Shown piece after piece: positions 47,799 to 56,285 of a stretch of DNA of 64,000 nucleotides. The translations under genes were made by a program, and so were the position numbers. Source of the stretch: Thermoleophilaceae bacterium (GTDB lineage Bacteria; Actinomycetota; Thermoleophilia; Solirubrobacterales; JACPNS01); the NCBI GenBank assembly GCA_016462645.1, contig JAEMSX010000004.1, positions 18,733-82,732 on the forward strand, read 5' to 3'. Numbering within the stretch: position 1 is the stretch's first letter; every line of letters begins with the position of its first letter. Under the pieces are notes generated by a model. The model did no database searches, was not told the DNA's origin, and saw only the letters and a list, made by a program, of their open reading frames with translations.

Positions 47799-49799
47799 AT
47801 GAAGGTCTTTATCTCACTGCTTGCTGCCGGGCTGCTGCTCGTCGCCTGTCCGCAGGCAATGGCTGCGGCCCCGAGCGATGCGACGATCAACTTCTGGGTC
47901 TCCCCGAGTGGGAACGATGCCGGCGCCGGAACGAAGGGCGATCCCTTTCGCACGCTCGAGCGCGCCCGCAATGCGGTGCGTGGGAAGGTGAAGACGCAGC
48001 ACTCGGACATTGTTGTGCAGCTGCTCGGGGGAACCTACAGGCTCGATCAAACCCTCTGGCTCGACGGCCGGGACTCCGGTCGCAACGGGCACAGCGTCAC
48101 GTGGATGGCGGCCAAGAAATCGCATCCGGTGATCAGCGGCTCAGTTCAGGCGAAGAACTGGTCGCTCGTCAATCCGGCGCTGAACATCTACCGAGCCAAG
48201 GTGCCCGTCGGCACGCAGACGCGTCAGCTCTACGTGAACGGACGCCGCGCGCTCCGAGCGCGCGGAGCGACGTACCCGGACGGCTTCGTCAGGACTGAAG
48301 CCGGCTACTCGGCTCCCGACAGTTCGATGTCCGGCTGGGGCAATCAGAGCGACATCGAGGCCGTCACGCTCTCGCAGTGGAAGATGATGCGCTGCCCGGT
48401 CGCCTCGATCCAGGGTCAGCAGCTGACGATGGCCCAGCCGTGCTGGAACAACGTGAACGTCTTTCCATATCTTTGGTCATTCCAGACGATCGCGAGATTC
48501 GAGAACGCCTACGAGTTGCTCGACAGCGCAGGGGAGTGGTACCTCGACAAGACCGCCGGCTGGCTCTACTACATCCCGCGCGTGGGGGAGGACCTGCCAT
48601 CGGCGACCGTCGAGGTCCCCGTCGTCGAAGCGCTGATCAGCGGTCGCGGATCATCAACGCGGCCGATCGCCAACATCAACTTCCGCGGGCTCTCGTTCGA
48701 ATACGCGACCTGGACCGACCCGAGCGGGCCCAACGGCTACGCGTCAGACCAGAGCGGCTTCCATCTGACCGGCGGTGGCCACCTCCCGAACGTGATCGGC
48801 CACGACCAGAACACCACGCGCACACCGGGCAACGTGCGCTTCCGCTTCGCACAGAACGTGCGACTGATCGGAAATGACTTCAAGCATCTCGGCGGGGTCG
48901 CGCTCGACTTCGACACCGGAAGCCAGAACAACTCGATCGTCGGCAACCGCATCGAAGACGTCTCGGCGGCCGGAGTCCAGCTCGGCGGAATCACGGTTGC
49001 AGATCACCACCCGACCATCCCCGCGCAGACGACGAAGAACAACGAGATCTCGAACAACCTCATCCAGCGCATCGGCGTCGAGTACCAGGATGCGCCGGGA
49101 ATCTACGTCGGCTTCACGACGCGCTCGCGAGTCGCCCACAACGAAATCAGCTACGTCCCGTGGGCGGGGATCGCGATCGGCTGGGGTTGGGGCCTGCTCG
49201 ACCCGGGCGGATTTCCCGGCCTGCCCGGAGCGGTGCCGGGACAGTGGGGCAACTACACGACGCCGACGACAAGCAGCAGAAACCGAATCCTGAACAACCG
49301 CATCCGCTACTTCCTCAACGTCCTCTGGGATGGCGGCGCGATCTACACCCAAGGACAGCAGGGTGCGACGGCGGCCGAAGGCGAACTGATTGCCGGAAAC
49401 GTCGCGTCTGAGAAGCGCAGGCTCGCCGGCGGCAACACCTTCTACACCGACGGCGGCAGTCGCTACGTGACGCTCGCAAACAACGTCGCCTTCAACAACA
49501 AGCCGGGCATCACCGACTTCGGACCGTGCAACCTGAGCGACTCGCTCCTGTTCTGCTTCGTGATCCTGCCCTACGGGACCGACCGTGGTGGATGCCGCCC
49601 GTACGGCGATCTGACCTATCGCAACAACTACTGGCAGTTCCCCAAGCCGTTCTTCGAGGTCTGCCCGTATGAGGGTCACCCGGTCAACGTCGTCGATGAT
49701 CAGAACACAGTGATCACGGGCAAGAGCGCAATCTCACGCTCGATTCTCTCGGCAGCCGGGCGTCAGGGCAAATTCAAGCGTCGGGTCGGAGCGCGATAG
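47799..49799 (+). CDS. Secreted right-handed parallel beta-helix repeat protein (pectate-lyase-fold, probably carbohydrate-active)
   Basis: Signal peptide MKVFISLLAAGLLLVACPQAMA. N-terminal WVSPSGNDAGAGTKGDPFRTLERA (DUF1565-like), with repeated beta-helix turns (NNxIxxN / GI..G). Confidence 0.72.
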   Translation: MKVFISLLAAGLLLVACPQAMAAAPSDATINFWVSPSGNDAGAGTKGDPFRTLERARNAVRGKVKTQHSDIVVQLLGGTYRLDQTLWLDGRDSGRNGHSVTWMAAKKSHPVISGSVQAKNWSLVNPALNIYRAKVPVGTQTRQLYVNGRRALRARGATYPDGFVRTEAGYSAPDSSMSGWGNQSDIEAVTLSQWKMMRCPVASIQGQQLTMAQPCWNNVNVFPYLWSFQTIARFENAYELLDSAGEWYLDKTAGWLYYIPRVGEDLPSATVEVPVVEALISGRGSSTRPIANINFRGLSFEYATWTDPSGPNGYASDQSGFHLTGGGHLPNVIGHDQNTTRTPGNVRFRFAQNVRLIGNDFKHLGGVALDFDTGSQNNSIVGNRIEDVSAAGVQLGGITVADHHPTIPAQTTKNNEISNNLIQRIGVEYQDAPGIYVGFTTRSRVAHNEISYVPWAGIAIGWGWGLLDPGGFPGLPGAVPGQWGNYTTPTTSSRNRILNNRIRYFLNVLWDGGAIYTQGQQGATAAEGELIAGNVASEKRRLAGGNTFYTDGGSRYVTLANNVAFNNKPGITDFGPCNLSDSLLFCFVILPYGTDRGGCRPYGDLTYRNNYWQFPKPFFEVCPYEGHPVNVVDDQNTVITGKSAISRSILSAAGRQGKFKRRVGAR

Positions 49800-49808
49800 T
49801 TAAAAAAG

Positions 49809-49832
49809 AAAGGCGCCCCGAAGGACGCCTTT
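49809..49832 (+). terminator. Hairpin directly after the beta-helix gene stop
   Basis: AAAGGCGCCC-CGAA-GGACGCCTTT: a 10-position stem with 9 base pairs and one mismatch, flanked by an A-run and TTT. Confidence 0.5.
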
Positions 49833-49960
49833 CCCAGAACGTTCCACTAACCGCAATCGCTGGGTTAATCCGTTGGTTCTATGTCTACTTTTATCGTCGA
49901 GTCCGTGGAATCCTTTACGGCCTCGTCGACACTTATAAAAACACCGGCAAGGGGAATTGG

Positions 49961-50908
49961 TTGCGCTATCTGATCACTGGTGGTTCTGGGTATCTTGGCT
50001 CGCGCGTGGTTGAGCAGCTCGCGGCGCTGAAGAACACCGAGAGCGTCGTGAACGCCGACATCGCAGTTCCCCAGTTCAGGCCGGCGAAGACCAGCTTCCG
50101 TCAGATCGATATTCGCGACGGCGAGGCGATCTCAACGGCGATCGCAGAAGAGCGCCCCGACGTCCTCATCCACATGGCCTTCGTGCTCGACCCGACGCGC
50201 GACGAGCCGGAGATGTATGAGGTCAACGTGAACGGCACTTTCAACGTCCTGGCCGCGGCATCCGCGCTCGGCGTCGAGCGCGTCTACGTCACCACAGCGA
50301 CGATGGCCTACGGCGCCTGGCCCAACAACCCGGTGCCGATCACCGAGACCCAGCCCGTCCACGGCCACGCCCGCTACGTCTACGCCCGCCACGCCGCCGA
50401 GGCCGACCGCATCGCCCAGCTGTGGGCCACGCTGCACCGCCAGCGCCTCACCACGATCATCCGCCCGTGCACGATCTTCGGACCCGGCGCCCAGAACCAC
50501 CTGATTCGCATGTGGGAGTCGCAGGCGTTCTTCCCGGACTTCGGGACCGGCGATCAGCCGACGCAGTTCCTGCACATCGATGATGCCGTGAGCGGGATCG
50601 TCGGCCTGGTCGAGTCGGCCCAGCCCGGCGCCTTCAACCTCACGCCCGACGGTGAGATCACCTGGCACCAGTGCGCGGCAATCGCCGGCATCGAGATCAG
50701 GCCCGTGCGCGAGGAGTCGTTCACCGGGCTGGCGGGTGGCATGTGGCGCCTGAAGATGCCCGGGGTTGAGATCCCGCCTTCGTTCGTGGACTTCTTCAAG
50801 TATCCGTATCTGGCAACGAACGCTCGCCTCAAGCAGGCAGTTCCGACGTGGCAGCCGCAGCACACCAGCGCCGAGGTCTTCCGGGCGCAGGTGGCTGCTG
50901 GCAGCTAG
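49961..50908 (+). CDS. NAD-dependent epimerase/dehydratase-family SDR (TTG start)
   Basis: ITGGSGYLGSRVVEQL Rossmann motif. 315 aa with an extended-SDR layout. Confidence 0.72.
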   Translation: MRYLITGGSGYLGSRVVEQLAALKNTESVVNADIAVPQFRPAKTSFRQIDIRDGEAISTAIAEERPDVLIHMAFVLDPTRDEPEMYEVNVNGTFNVLAAASALGVERVYVTTATMAYGAWPNNPVPITETQPVHGHARYVYARHAAEADRIAQLWATLHRQRLTTIIRPCTIFGPGAQNHLIRMWESQAFFPDFGTGDQPTQFLHIDDAVSGIVGLVESAQPGAFNLTPDGEITWHQCAAIAGIEIRPVREESFTGLAGGMWRLKMPGVEIPPSFVDFFKYPYLATNARLKQAVPTWQPQHTSAEVFRAQVAAGS

Positions 50909-50911
50909 GTC

Positions 50912-51424
50912 CTACGAGGTCGGCAGTGCCTCGATCTCGCGCTCGATCTCCTTGGCGTCGGCCTTCACGGCCTTCTTGAGCTCGCGCTTGGCCTGGGTCG
51001 CGGCCTTCTCGATCGCCTCCTCGATTGTGGGCTCGCCGATCGCGATGACCGCGGCGTCGCCGGCCTCAAGTGCATCGGCGAGCTCTTTCAGGTCGCCGCG
51101 CGAGATGCCGCCGGCGAGGTGACCACCGATTGCGCCGATTGCCGCGCCTGCGAGTGCCGGCCCGAGGATCGCCGGCGGGAAGATCACGCCCACGGCAGCG
51201 CCGACGGCCAGGCCGCCCCAGCCGCCGTGCTGCGTCGGCTTCTCGGTGTGATGGACGATCTTCAGCTTGCCTTCTTCGGTCTTGGTCACGACCGCAGCGT
51301 CGAACGTGCCGATCATGTCGACCGTGTGCAGGGCTTTGATCGCGTAGAAGTCAGCTTCGGCCGCCTCAAGGTCCGGGTACTCGCCGACGTAGAGGAAAAG
51401 GTCATCAGTGTTCGCAAGGCTCAT
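50912..51424 (-). CDS. DUF1269-like membrane protein with a Gly-zipper
   Basis: The pattern FDAAVVTKTEEGKLKI...GGWGGLAVGAAVGVIFPPAILGPALAGAAIGAIGGHL is typical of DUF1269-type proteins. Family-level call. Confidence 0.6.
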   Translation of the reverse strand: MSLANTDDLFLYVGEYPDLEAAEADFYAIKALHTVDMIGTFDAAVVTKTEEGKLKIVHHTEKPTQHGGWGGLAVGAAVGVIFPPAILGPALAGAAIGAIGGHLAGGISRGDLKELADALEAGDAAVIAIGEPTIEEAIEKAATQAKRELKKAVKADAKEIEREIEALPTS

Positions 51425-51509
51425 GGGGTCTCCTGTTGTTGGTGGTGCAATTCGTTATACATGTCCTCGCGCTATCGGCGCGGCTCCGCGCTAACCTGAT
51501 CCCCCGCAA

Positions 51510-51582
51510 GGGCGTTTAGCTCAGTTGGGAGAGCACCAGCTCGACAAGCTGGGGGTCACTGGTTCGAGCCCAGTAACGCCCA
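51510..51582 (+). tRNA. tRNA-Val (anticodon GAC) with an unusual C at position 33
   Basis: Acceptor GGGCGTT/AACGCCC, D arm GCTC-AGTTGGGA-GAGC, anticodon arm CCAGC-TCGACAA-GCTGG, T arm ACTGG-TTCGAGC-CCAGT. 73 nt. Confidence 0.85.
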
Positions 51583-51622
51583 CTTCCTTGCGCGCGGTGT
51601 CCGATTGTTGTGGACACTTGAG

Positions 51623-51646
51623 AACCCGCCCCCGTGGCGGGTTTTT
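51623..51646 (+). terminator. Intrinsic terminator downstream of tRNA-Val
   Basis: AACCCGCC-CCCGT-GGCGGGTT followed by TTT. Confidence 0.65.
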
Positions 51647-51649
51647 GCG

Positions 51650-51690
51650 TTTCTGGACGCTTTTGAAACAACTGGGTACGCGTCCAGAAA
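51650..51690. other. 11-bp perfect hairpin with a 19-nt loop in the region after tRNA-Val
   Basis: TTTCTGGACGC (51650-51660) pairs with GCGTCCAGAAA (51680-51690). Confidence 0.5.
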
Positions 51691-51858
51691 TCCGGACATC
51701 TGATTGAGGGGACAGCACCCCAATCGTTCTGGCTAGAACGAATGAACCAGTGTTTGCGACTGGCGCGTAATGCGCGGTACAACGTATGAGTCCGAATCAT
51801 CCGCAGTGTTTTCGGTCGCTTAGTCCACAGCTCTCTCCGCACCAAAAGGGGTAACAAG

Positions 51859-52173
51859 ATGTCTCAAATCGATCCACTCGTCTTCGGCGCTGTCGTCCTG
51901 GCGCTCGTCGGACTTTCCGTGTTCGCTCCGAGGTTCTTCTCGAAGCCGACAGGTCCGACCGCAGACGATGTCTATCTCGACTCGTTGCCCTCGGCGTACG
52001 ACAAGCGCATCACGGTCCGGGCCTCCGCACCGGCCGCGATGTCTGTCACACCTCCCGAGCAGCAGGCAACTCCGCCCGGCGCCCCGCGCGCCGTGGCTCC
52101 TACGCGCCAGCCGGTGGCGAGCTCCGCACCGCCGTCCGACGGCCTGGCGCCGCTGAAGCTGCCGGCTCAGTAG
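51859..52173 (+). CDS. Hypothetical small membrane-anchored Pro-rich protein
   Basis: Good SD (AAGGGG) upstream. One N-terminal TM (LVFGAVVLALVGLSVFA), then a Pro/Ala-rich tail. No recognisable family. Confidence 0.45.
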   Translation: MSQIDPLVFGAVVLALVGLSVFAPRFFSKPTGPTADDVYLDSLPSAYDKRITVRASAPAAMSVTPPEQQATPPGAPRAVAPTRQPVASSAPPSDGLAPLKLPAQ

Positions 52174-52181
52174 GCGGCTGA

Positions 52182-52216
52182 GCGCGTCCGGCGGGATGGG
52201 GGCCCGCCGGACGCGC
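52182..52216 (+). terminator. 14-bp GC-rich hairpin after the small ORF (no U-tract)
   Basis: GCGCGTCCGGCGGG-ATGGGGG-CCCGCCGGACGCGC, a perfect stem. Confidence 0.5.
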
Positions 52217-52369
52217 CAGCAACACGTCGTTTGCATTTCTGCGCTCCGGCTCATACATTGGGGCTACTCGGTAGGACGCAGTACAGAAGTTTGTTTTCCG
52301 CAGGCCGGAGGTCTGCGACTCGGCGGCTGCAGCGCAGCCATGTATCTCGGAAGGATCCAACCAATCCCT

Positions 52370-52678
52370 ATGCACATCACCTCGCTTGAAATCATTCTCG
52401 CCGTGGTTGCCGTCTTCGTGATCTTCGGACCGAAGGAGCTCCCGCGCCGCAACAAGAAGCCGGCGCCGATCAAAATCACTCAGCGCGAGCGTGCGCCGTA
52501 TGTCCCGAAGGCCCCGTCGCAGTACGCGGCAGGCCGCGCGCCGTCGCCGCTCCAGCTACGCGCAGCTGAGCGCCCGCTCCGCGTTGCCAGGGGCGAGTCC
52601 GTCAAGGACGAGCGCCCGCAGTTCGCCGCCGGCGACAGCGACGCGTCGCCGTTGCCGCACGAGCTGCTTCGCGTCTGA
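52370..52678 (+). CDS. Small membrane protein with a TatA/E-like N-terminus (tentative)
   Basis: LEIILAVVAVFVIFGPKELP resembles the TatA TM plus FGxKKLP hinge, but the amphipathic helix is not evident. An SD (GGAAGGA) lies upstream. Confidence 0.4.
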   Translation: MHITSLEIILAVVAVFVIFGPKELPRRNKKPAPIKITQRERAPYVPKAPSQYAAGRAPSPLQLRAAERPLRVARGESVKDERPQFAAGDSDASPLPHELLRV

Positions 52679-52694
52679 ACGACCAGCCTGCGGT

Positions 52695-53081
52695 CTAACG
52701 ACCTTCGAAATCGGGAAGCATCCGGGTCAGCCGGCCGAATGCCACGCGGTGGGCGGCGACCCAGCGGTATCCGCGATCGGCCAGCGCGGGCCGGCTTCGG
52801 AGCGCTGACTCCACGAAGCCGGGGAGGCCGAGGAGATCGCTGAGCGGAGCAAGCGCCGCGCCGCCTGAGATGACCTCACCGTCCGGGGTCTTCAGGTGCC
52901 AGGACTCGATCCGTTGGTCTTCGGTGAGCTCGCTCAGTTCGCGGGCGGCCGCGTGGTCCTGAAGCGCAACGGGAAACAGCCGCCGCGCGCGCTTCGCGTC
53001 GCGCAGGTACACCAGCCGGAGCATCCGCCGGCAGAAGCCGCAGTCCTGGTCATAGAAGATGAGATGGTCCCGCTCGGCCAT
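52695..53081 (-). CDS. Thiol-disulfide oxidoreductase DCC family (DUF393) protein
   Basis: LIFYDQDCGFCRR is the family CxxC signature. Only the last 128 codons of the 385-aa ORF are plausible coding sequence. Confidence 0.75.
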   Translation of the reverse strand: MAERDHLIFYDQDCGFCRRMLRLVYLRDAKRARRLFPVALQDHAAARELSELTEDQRIESWHLKTPDGEVISGGAALAPLSDLLGLPGFVESALRSRPALADRGYRWVAAHRVAFGRLTRMLPDFEGR

Positions 53082-53104
53082 GCCCGAACGGTATTCGCGG
53101 AGTC

Positions 53105-53725
53105 TCAGCGCGGCTTCAGGAACGCGACGAGCATCGTCCAGAACTGCTCGTAGGCGGCGTCGAGATCGAAGCTGCCCGGCGCCGTCAGCCAGTCGAAAGT
53201 GATGCCTCGGACAGCGCCGATGATCAACGAGGCATTGGCGTCCTGGTCGATCGACGGGTCGATCTCGCCGCGGGCGACGCCGTCGTCCCACCAGTATTTG
53301 CCCTGCTCGCGCCAGCGCTTGTGTACTGCGGCGAATGCGTCGCCGAGGCTGTTGCGTGGATCGAGCGCCTCGCCCATCAGTCTGTAGAGCAGCAGGAGGT
53401 GCCCGGGTCGCTGCTTGGCCAGCTCGCAGTGGGCGAAGATGATCGCGTGCAGCGCCTCGAGGCCCTGTTTGTCGACGATCGCCGGCGCGACGACCTCGTG
53501 CTCCCACTCGTAGATGTGGGCGTCGATGACAGCGGTGAGAAGATTCTCCTTGGAGCCGAAGTGGTGGTTCACCAGGCCGCGTGAAACGCCGGCGCGCTCG
53601 CCGATCGCCGCGACGCTGCTGTCGTGGTATCCGCGTTCGGCAAACAGGGAGGAGGCGGCATCGATCAGGGCCAGGCGCGCCTCTTCGGCCTGGATCTGGC
53701 GCATGTTTCTGGTGACGACTTCCAT
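53105..53725 (-). CDS. TetR/AcrR-family transcriptional regulator
   Basis: N-terminal HTH ([41 protein letters not shown]). Confidence 0.87.
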   Translation of the reverse strand: MEVVTRNMRQIQAEEARLALIDAASSLFAERGYHDSSVAAIGERAGVSRGLVNHHFGSKENLLTAVIDAHIYEWEHEVVAPAIVDKQGLEALHAIIFAHCELAKQRPGHLLLLYRLMGEALDPRNSLGDAFAAVHKRWREQGKYWWDDGVARGEIDPSIDQDANASLIIGAVRGITFDWLTAPGSFDLDAAYEQFWTMLVAFLKPR

Positions 53726-53750
53726 CTGCTCCGAGACACGTTACTATCCC

Positions 53751-53772
53751 GCTTGCTGAACGCTCAACAAGC
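53751..53772. promoter_or_regulatory. Candidate TetR operator in the divergent tetR / thiolase intergenic region
   Basis: 22-nt imperfect palindrome GCTTGCTGAACGCTCAACAAGC with 9 of 11 pairs symmetric. Confidence 0.4.
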
Positions 53773-53799
53773 GAAACAAAACTTACGGGAGTAGACCTG

Positions 53800-55029
53800 A
53801 TGTCAAAGCAAAAGGGCAACCGCACGTTCGTGATCGGCGTGGGTATGACCAAGTTCGAAAAGCCGGGCTCAAAGGAATGGGACTACCCGGACATGGTTCT
53901 CGAAGCGGGCACGAAGGCGCTCGAGGATGCGGGCATCGACTACAAGGAGATCGAGCAGGCGTTCGTGGGCTATTGCTACGGCGACAGCACCGCGGGCCAG
54001 CGCGCGATCTACGGACTTGGTCTCACCGGCATCCCGGTCGTCAACGTCAACAACAACTGTTCGACTGGGTCGTCGGCGCTGTACATGGCCCGCCAGGCGG
54101 TCAAGGGTGGCCTTGCGGACTGCGCGATTGCTGTCGGGTTCGAGAAGATGGAGAAAGGTTCGCTGGGGGCAAAATTTCTCGATCGGACGAACCCGATGGA
54201 CAAGCACGTGATGACGATGATCGAAGGTCGTGGCGGCTGGGAAGAGTCACCGCCGGCGCCGCAGATGTTCGGCAACGCCGGACGCGAGCACATGGAGAAG
54301 TACGGCTCAAAGCCCGAGCACTACGCGTGGATCGGGTGGAAGAACCACAAGCACTCGGTCAACAACCCGTACGCGCAGTTCCAGGACGAGTACACGCTCG
54401 ACGAGATCAAGGAAGCCAAGGAGATCCACACGCCGCTGACCAAGCTGCAGTGCTCACCGACCTCCGACGGCTCCGGCGTGGCGATCGTCGCCAGCGAGGA
54501 CTTCGTCGACAAGCACGATCTCTGGGACAAGGCGGTGGAAATCGCGGGACAGGCGATGGTCACCGACATGGAGAGCACCTTCGAGGGCGCATCCTCAATC
54601 AACCTCGTCGGCTTCGACATGTCGAAGAAGGCCGCCGAGCAGGCGCTCGAAGAGGCCGACCTCACGATCGATGATGTGGATGTCATCGAGCTGCACGACT
54701 GCTTCTCCGCCAACGAGCTGATCACGTACGAGGCGCTCGGCATGGCCGAGGTCGGTCACGGTCACGACCTGGTCGAATCCGAGGACACCACGTACGGCGG
54801 CAAGTGGGTCGTGAACCCCTCCGGCGGACTGATCAGCAAGGGTCACCCGCTCGGCGCCACCGGTCTTGCGCAGTGCAGCGAGCTGACCTGGCAGATCCGC
54901 GGCGACGCCGACAAGCGTCAGGTCGAGGGCGCAAAGGTCGGGCTGCAGCACAACATCGGTCTCGGCGGCGCTGCTGTCGTGACGGTGTACAAGCCCGCCG
55001 TCAAGTCCGAAGCCCCGGTCGCCGCATAA
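53800..55029 (+). CDS. Thiolase-superfamily protein (SCP-x / lipid-transfer-protein type)
   Basis: [23 protein letters not shown] (active-site Cys region), [11 protein letters not shown] and [17 protein letters not shown]. Confidence 0.85.
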   Translation: MSKQKGNRTFVIGVGMTKFEKPGSKEWDYPDMVLEAGTKALEDAGIDYKEIEQAFVGYCYGDSTAGQRAIYGLGLTGIPVVNVNNNCSTGSSALYMARQAVKGGLADCAIAVGFEKMEKGSLGAKFLDRTNPMDKHVMTMIEGRGGWEESPPAPQMFGNAGREHMEKYGSKPEHYAWIGWKNHKHSVNNPYAQFQDEYTLDEIKEAKEIHTPLTKLQCSPTSDGSGVAIVASEDFVDKHDLWDKAVEIAGQAMVTDMESTFEGASSINLVGFDMSKKAAEQALEEADLTIDDVDVIELHDCFSANELITYEALGMAEVGHGHDLVESEDTTYGGKWVVNPSGGLISKGHPLGATGLAQCSELTWQIRGDADKRQVEGAKVGLQHNIGLGGAAVVTVYKPAVKSEAPVAA

Positions 55030-56174
55030 TGGGCATCGCATTCACGCCTGAGCAAATCGCATTCCGGGAGGCGATCGACGAGTTCGCCGCCCGCGAATGC
55101 GGCACGCTCGAACAGCGCCACAAGCTCACGGCCGAGGGCACCGAGCCGACGAACATGGACATCATGAGGAAGCTCGGCGAACTCGGTTGGACCGGAGTCT
55201 CGATCGAAGAGGAATACGGCGGAGCCGGCGGCAACGTCGTCGACCAGACGATCTTCCTCGAGGGCATTTCGCGCGGAATGATCCCGGCGACAGGTTTCGG
55301 CACGACCGCGATCGTCCAGGGCGCCTACCAGCGCCACGGGACCGAGGATCAGAAGAAGAACATCCTCGGCGGCATCTGCGAAGGAAACGTCGAGGCGATC
55401 GTGATGAGCGAGCCGGGCTCGGGAAGCGACGTCGGATCGCTCCAGTGCCGCGCCGAGAAGGTCGACGGCGGCTACGTGATCAACGGCCAGAAGACCTGGT
55501 GCTCAAACGCCCAGGTCAGCGCCAACATCCTCACGATCGTGCGCACGGACACTTCCGGCTCAAAGCACGAGGGCATCACGATGCTCGGCATCCCCGCCGG
55601 CACCGAGGGCATGGAGATCCGCCCGATCCCGACGCTCGCCGGCCCGCACGAGGTCAACGACATCTTCCTCACCGACTGCTTCGTCCCCGACGAGGCATTG
55701 CTCGGCGAAGAGGGCGGAGGCTGGATGCAGCTCATGACCGGCCTCAACAGCGAGCGCATGATTCTCTCGGCGATGTACCTGGGGATCGCCCAGCGCGCGT
55801 TCGATGACACGCTGAAGTATGTGAAGGAGCGCGAGCAGTTCGGCCGCCCGATCGGCTCGTTCCAGGCTCTCAAGCACCGCATCGCCGACATGGCGACCGA
55901 GCTCGAGTGCCTGCGCCTGCTGATCTACGACATCGCACAGCAGATCGACGAGGACCCGACGCGCGTGTTCGCGAAGGAGGCCTCGATGGCCAAGCTCAAG
56001 AGCACTGAGGTGGCGAAGTACATCTCGCTCGAGGGCATGCAGATGATGGGCGGCTACGGCTACGCGCTCGAGTACGACATGGAGAAGCACGTCCGCGCCG
56101 GACTCGTCGGCACGATCTTCGCCGGCACCAGCGAGATACAGCGCGAGATCATCGGGGCGACGCTGGGGCTCTAG
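55029..56174 (+). CDS. Acyl-CoA dehydrogenase
   Basis: MSEPGSGSD, GQKTWCSN, ERMILSA, QFGRPIGSFQALKH and GTSEIQREII motifs. TAATG overlap with the thiolase stop. Confidence 0.9.
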   Translation: MGIAFTPEQIAFREAIDEFAARECGTLEQRHKLTAEGTEPTNMDIMRKLGELGWTGVSIEEEYGGAGGNVVDQTIFLEGISRGMIPATGFGTTAIVQGAYQRHGTEDQKKNILGGICEGNVEAIVMSEPGSGSDVGSLQCRAEKVDGGYVINGQKTWCSNAQVSANILTIVRTDTSGSKHEGITMLGIPAGTEGMEIRPIPTLAGPHEVNDIFLTDCFVPDEALLGEEGGGWMQLMTGLNSERMILSAMYLGIAQRAFDDTLKYVKEREQFGRPIGSFQALKHRIADMATELECLRLLIYDIAQQIDEDPTRVFAKEASMAKLKSTEVAKYISLEGMQMMGGYGYALEYDMEKHVRAGLVGTIFAGTSEIQREIIGATLGL

Positions 56175-56205
56175 CCGGGCAACGCATCGCTGTGCGGGTT
56201 TTGCT

Positions 56206-56237
56206 CCACGGTCCCGCCCGGGCGGGCGGGACCGTGG
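56206..56237 (+). terminator. 14-bp GC-rich hairpin after the acyl-CoA dehydrogenase gene
   Basis: CCACGGTCCCGCCC-GGGC-GGGCGGGACCGTGG, a perfect stem without a clear U-tract. Confidence 0.55.
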
Positions 56238-56285
56238 AAGATTTACCGCCTGAACACACGGCCGCGCCAACGTAGGCTCGGGTCC

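Noticed and set aside
47357-51582. Calling the tRNA-flanked block a genomic island or integrative element.
   Set aside because: There is no integrase, excisionase or transposase. I could find no direct repeat of a tRNA 3' end by eye, and the coding composition is similar to the backbone. It is reported only as a possible ancient insertion.
53082-53852. The upstream 257 codons of the 385-aa ORF that contains the DCC-family gene.
   Set aside because: That part overlaps the well-supported TetR gene in a different frame and is Arg/Pro-rich. Only the last 128 codons carry the DUF393 CxxC signature.
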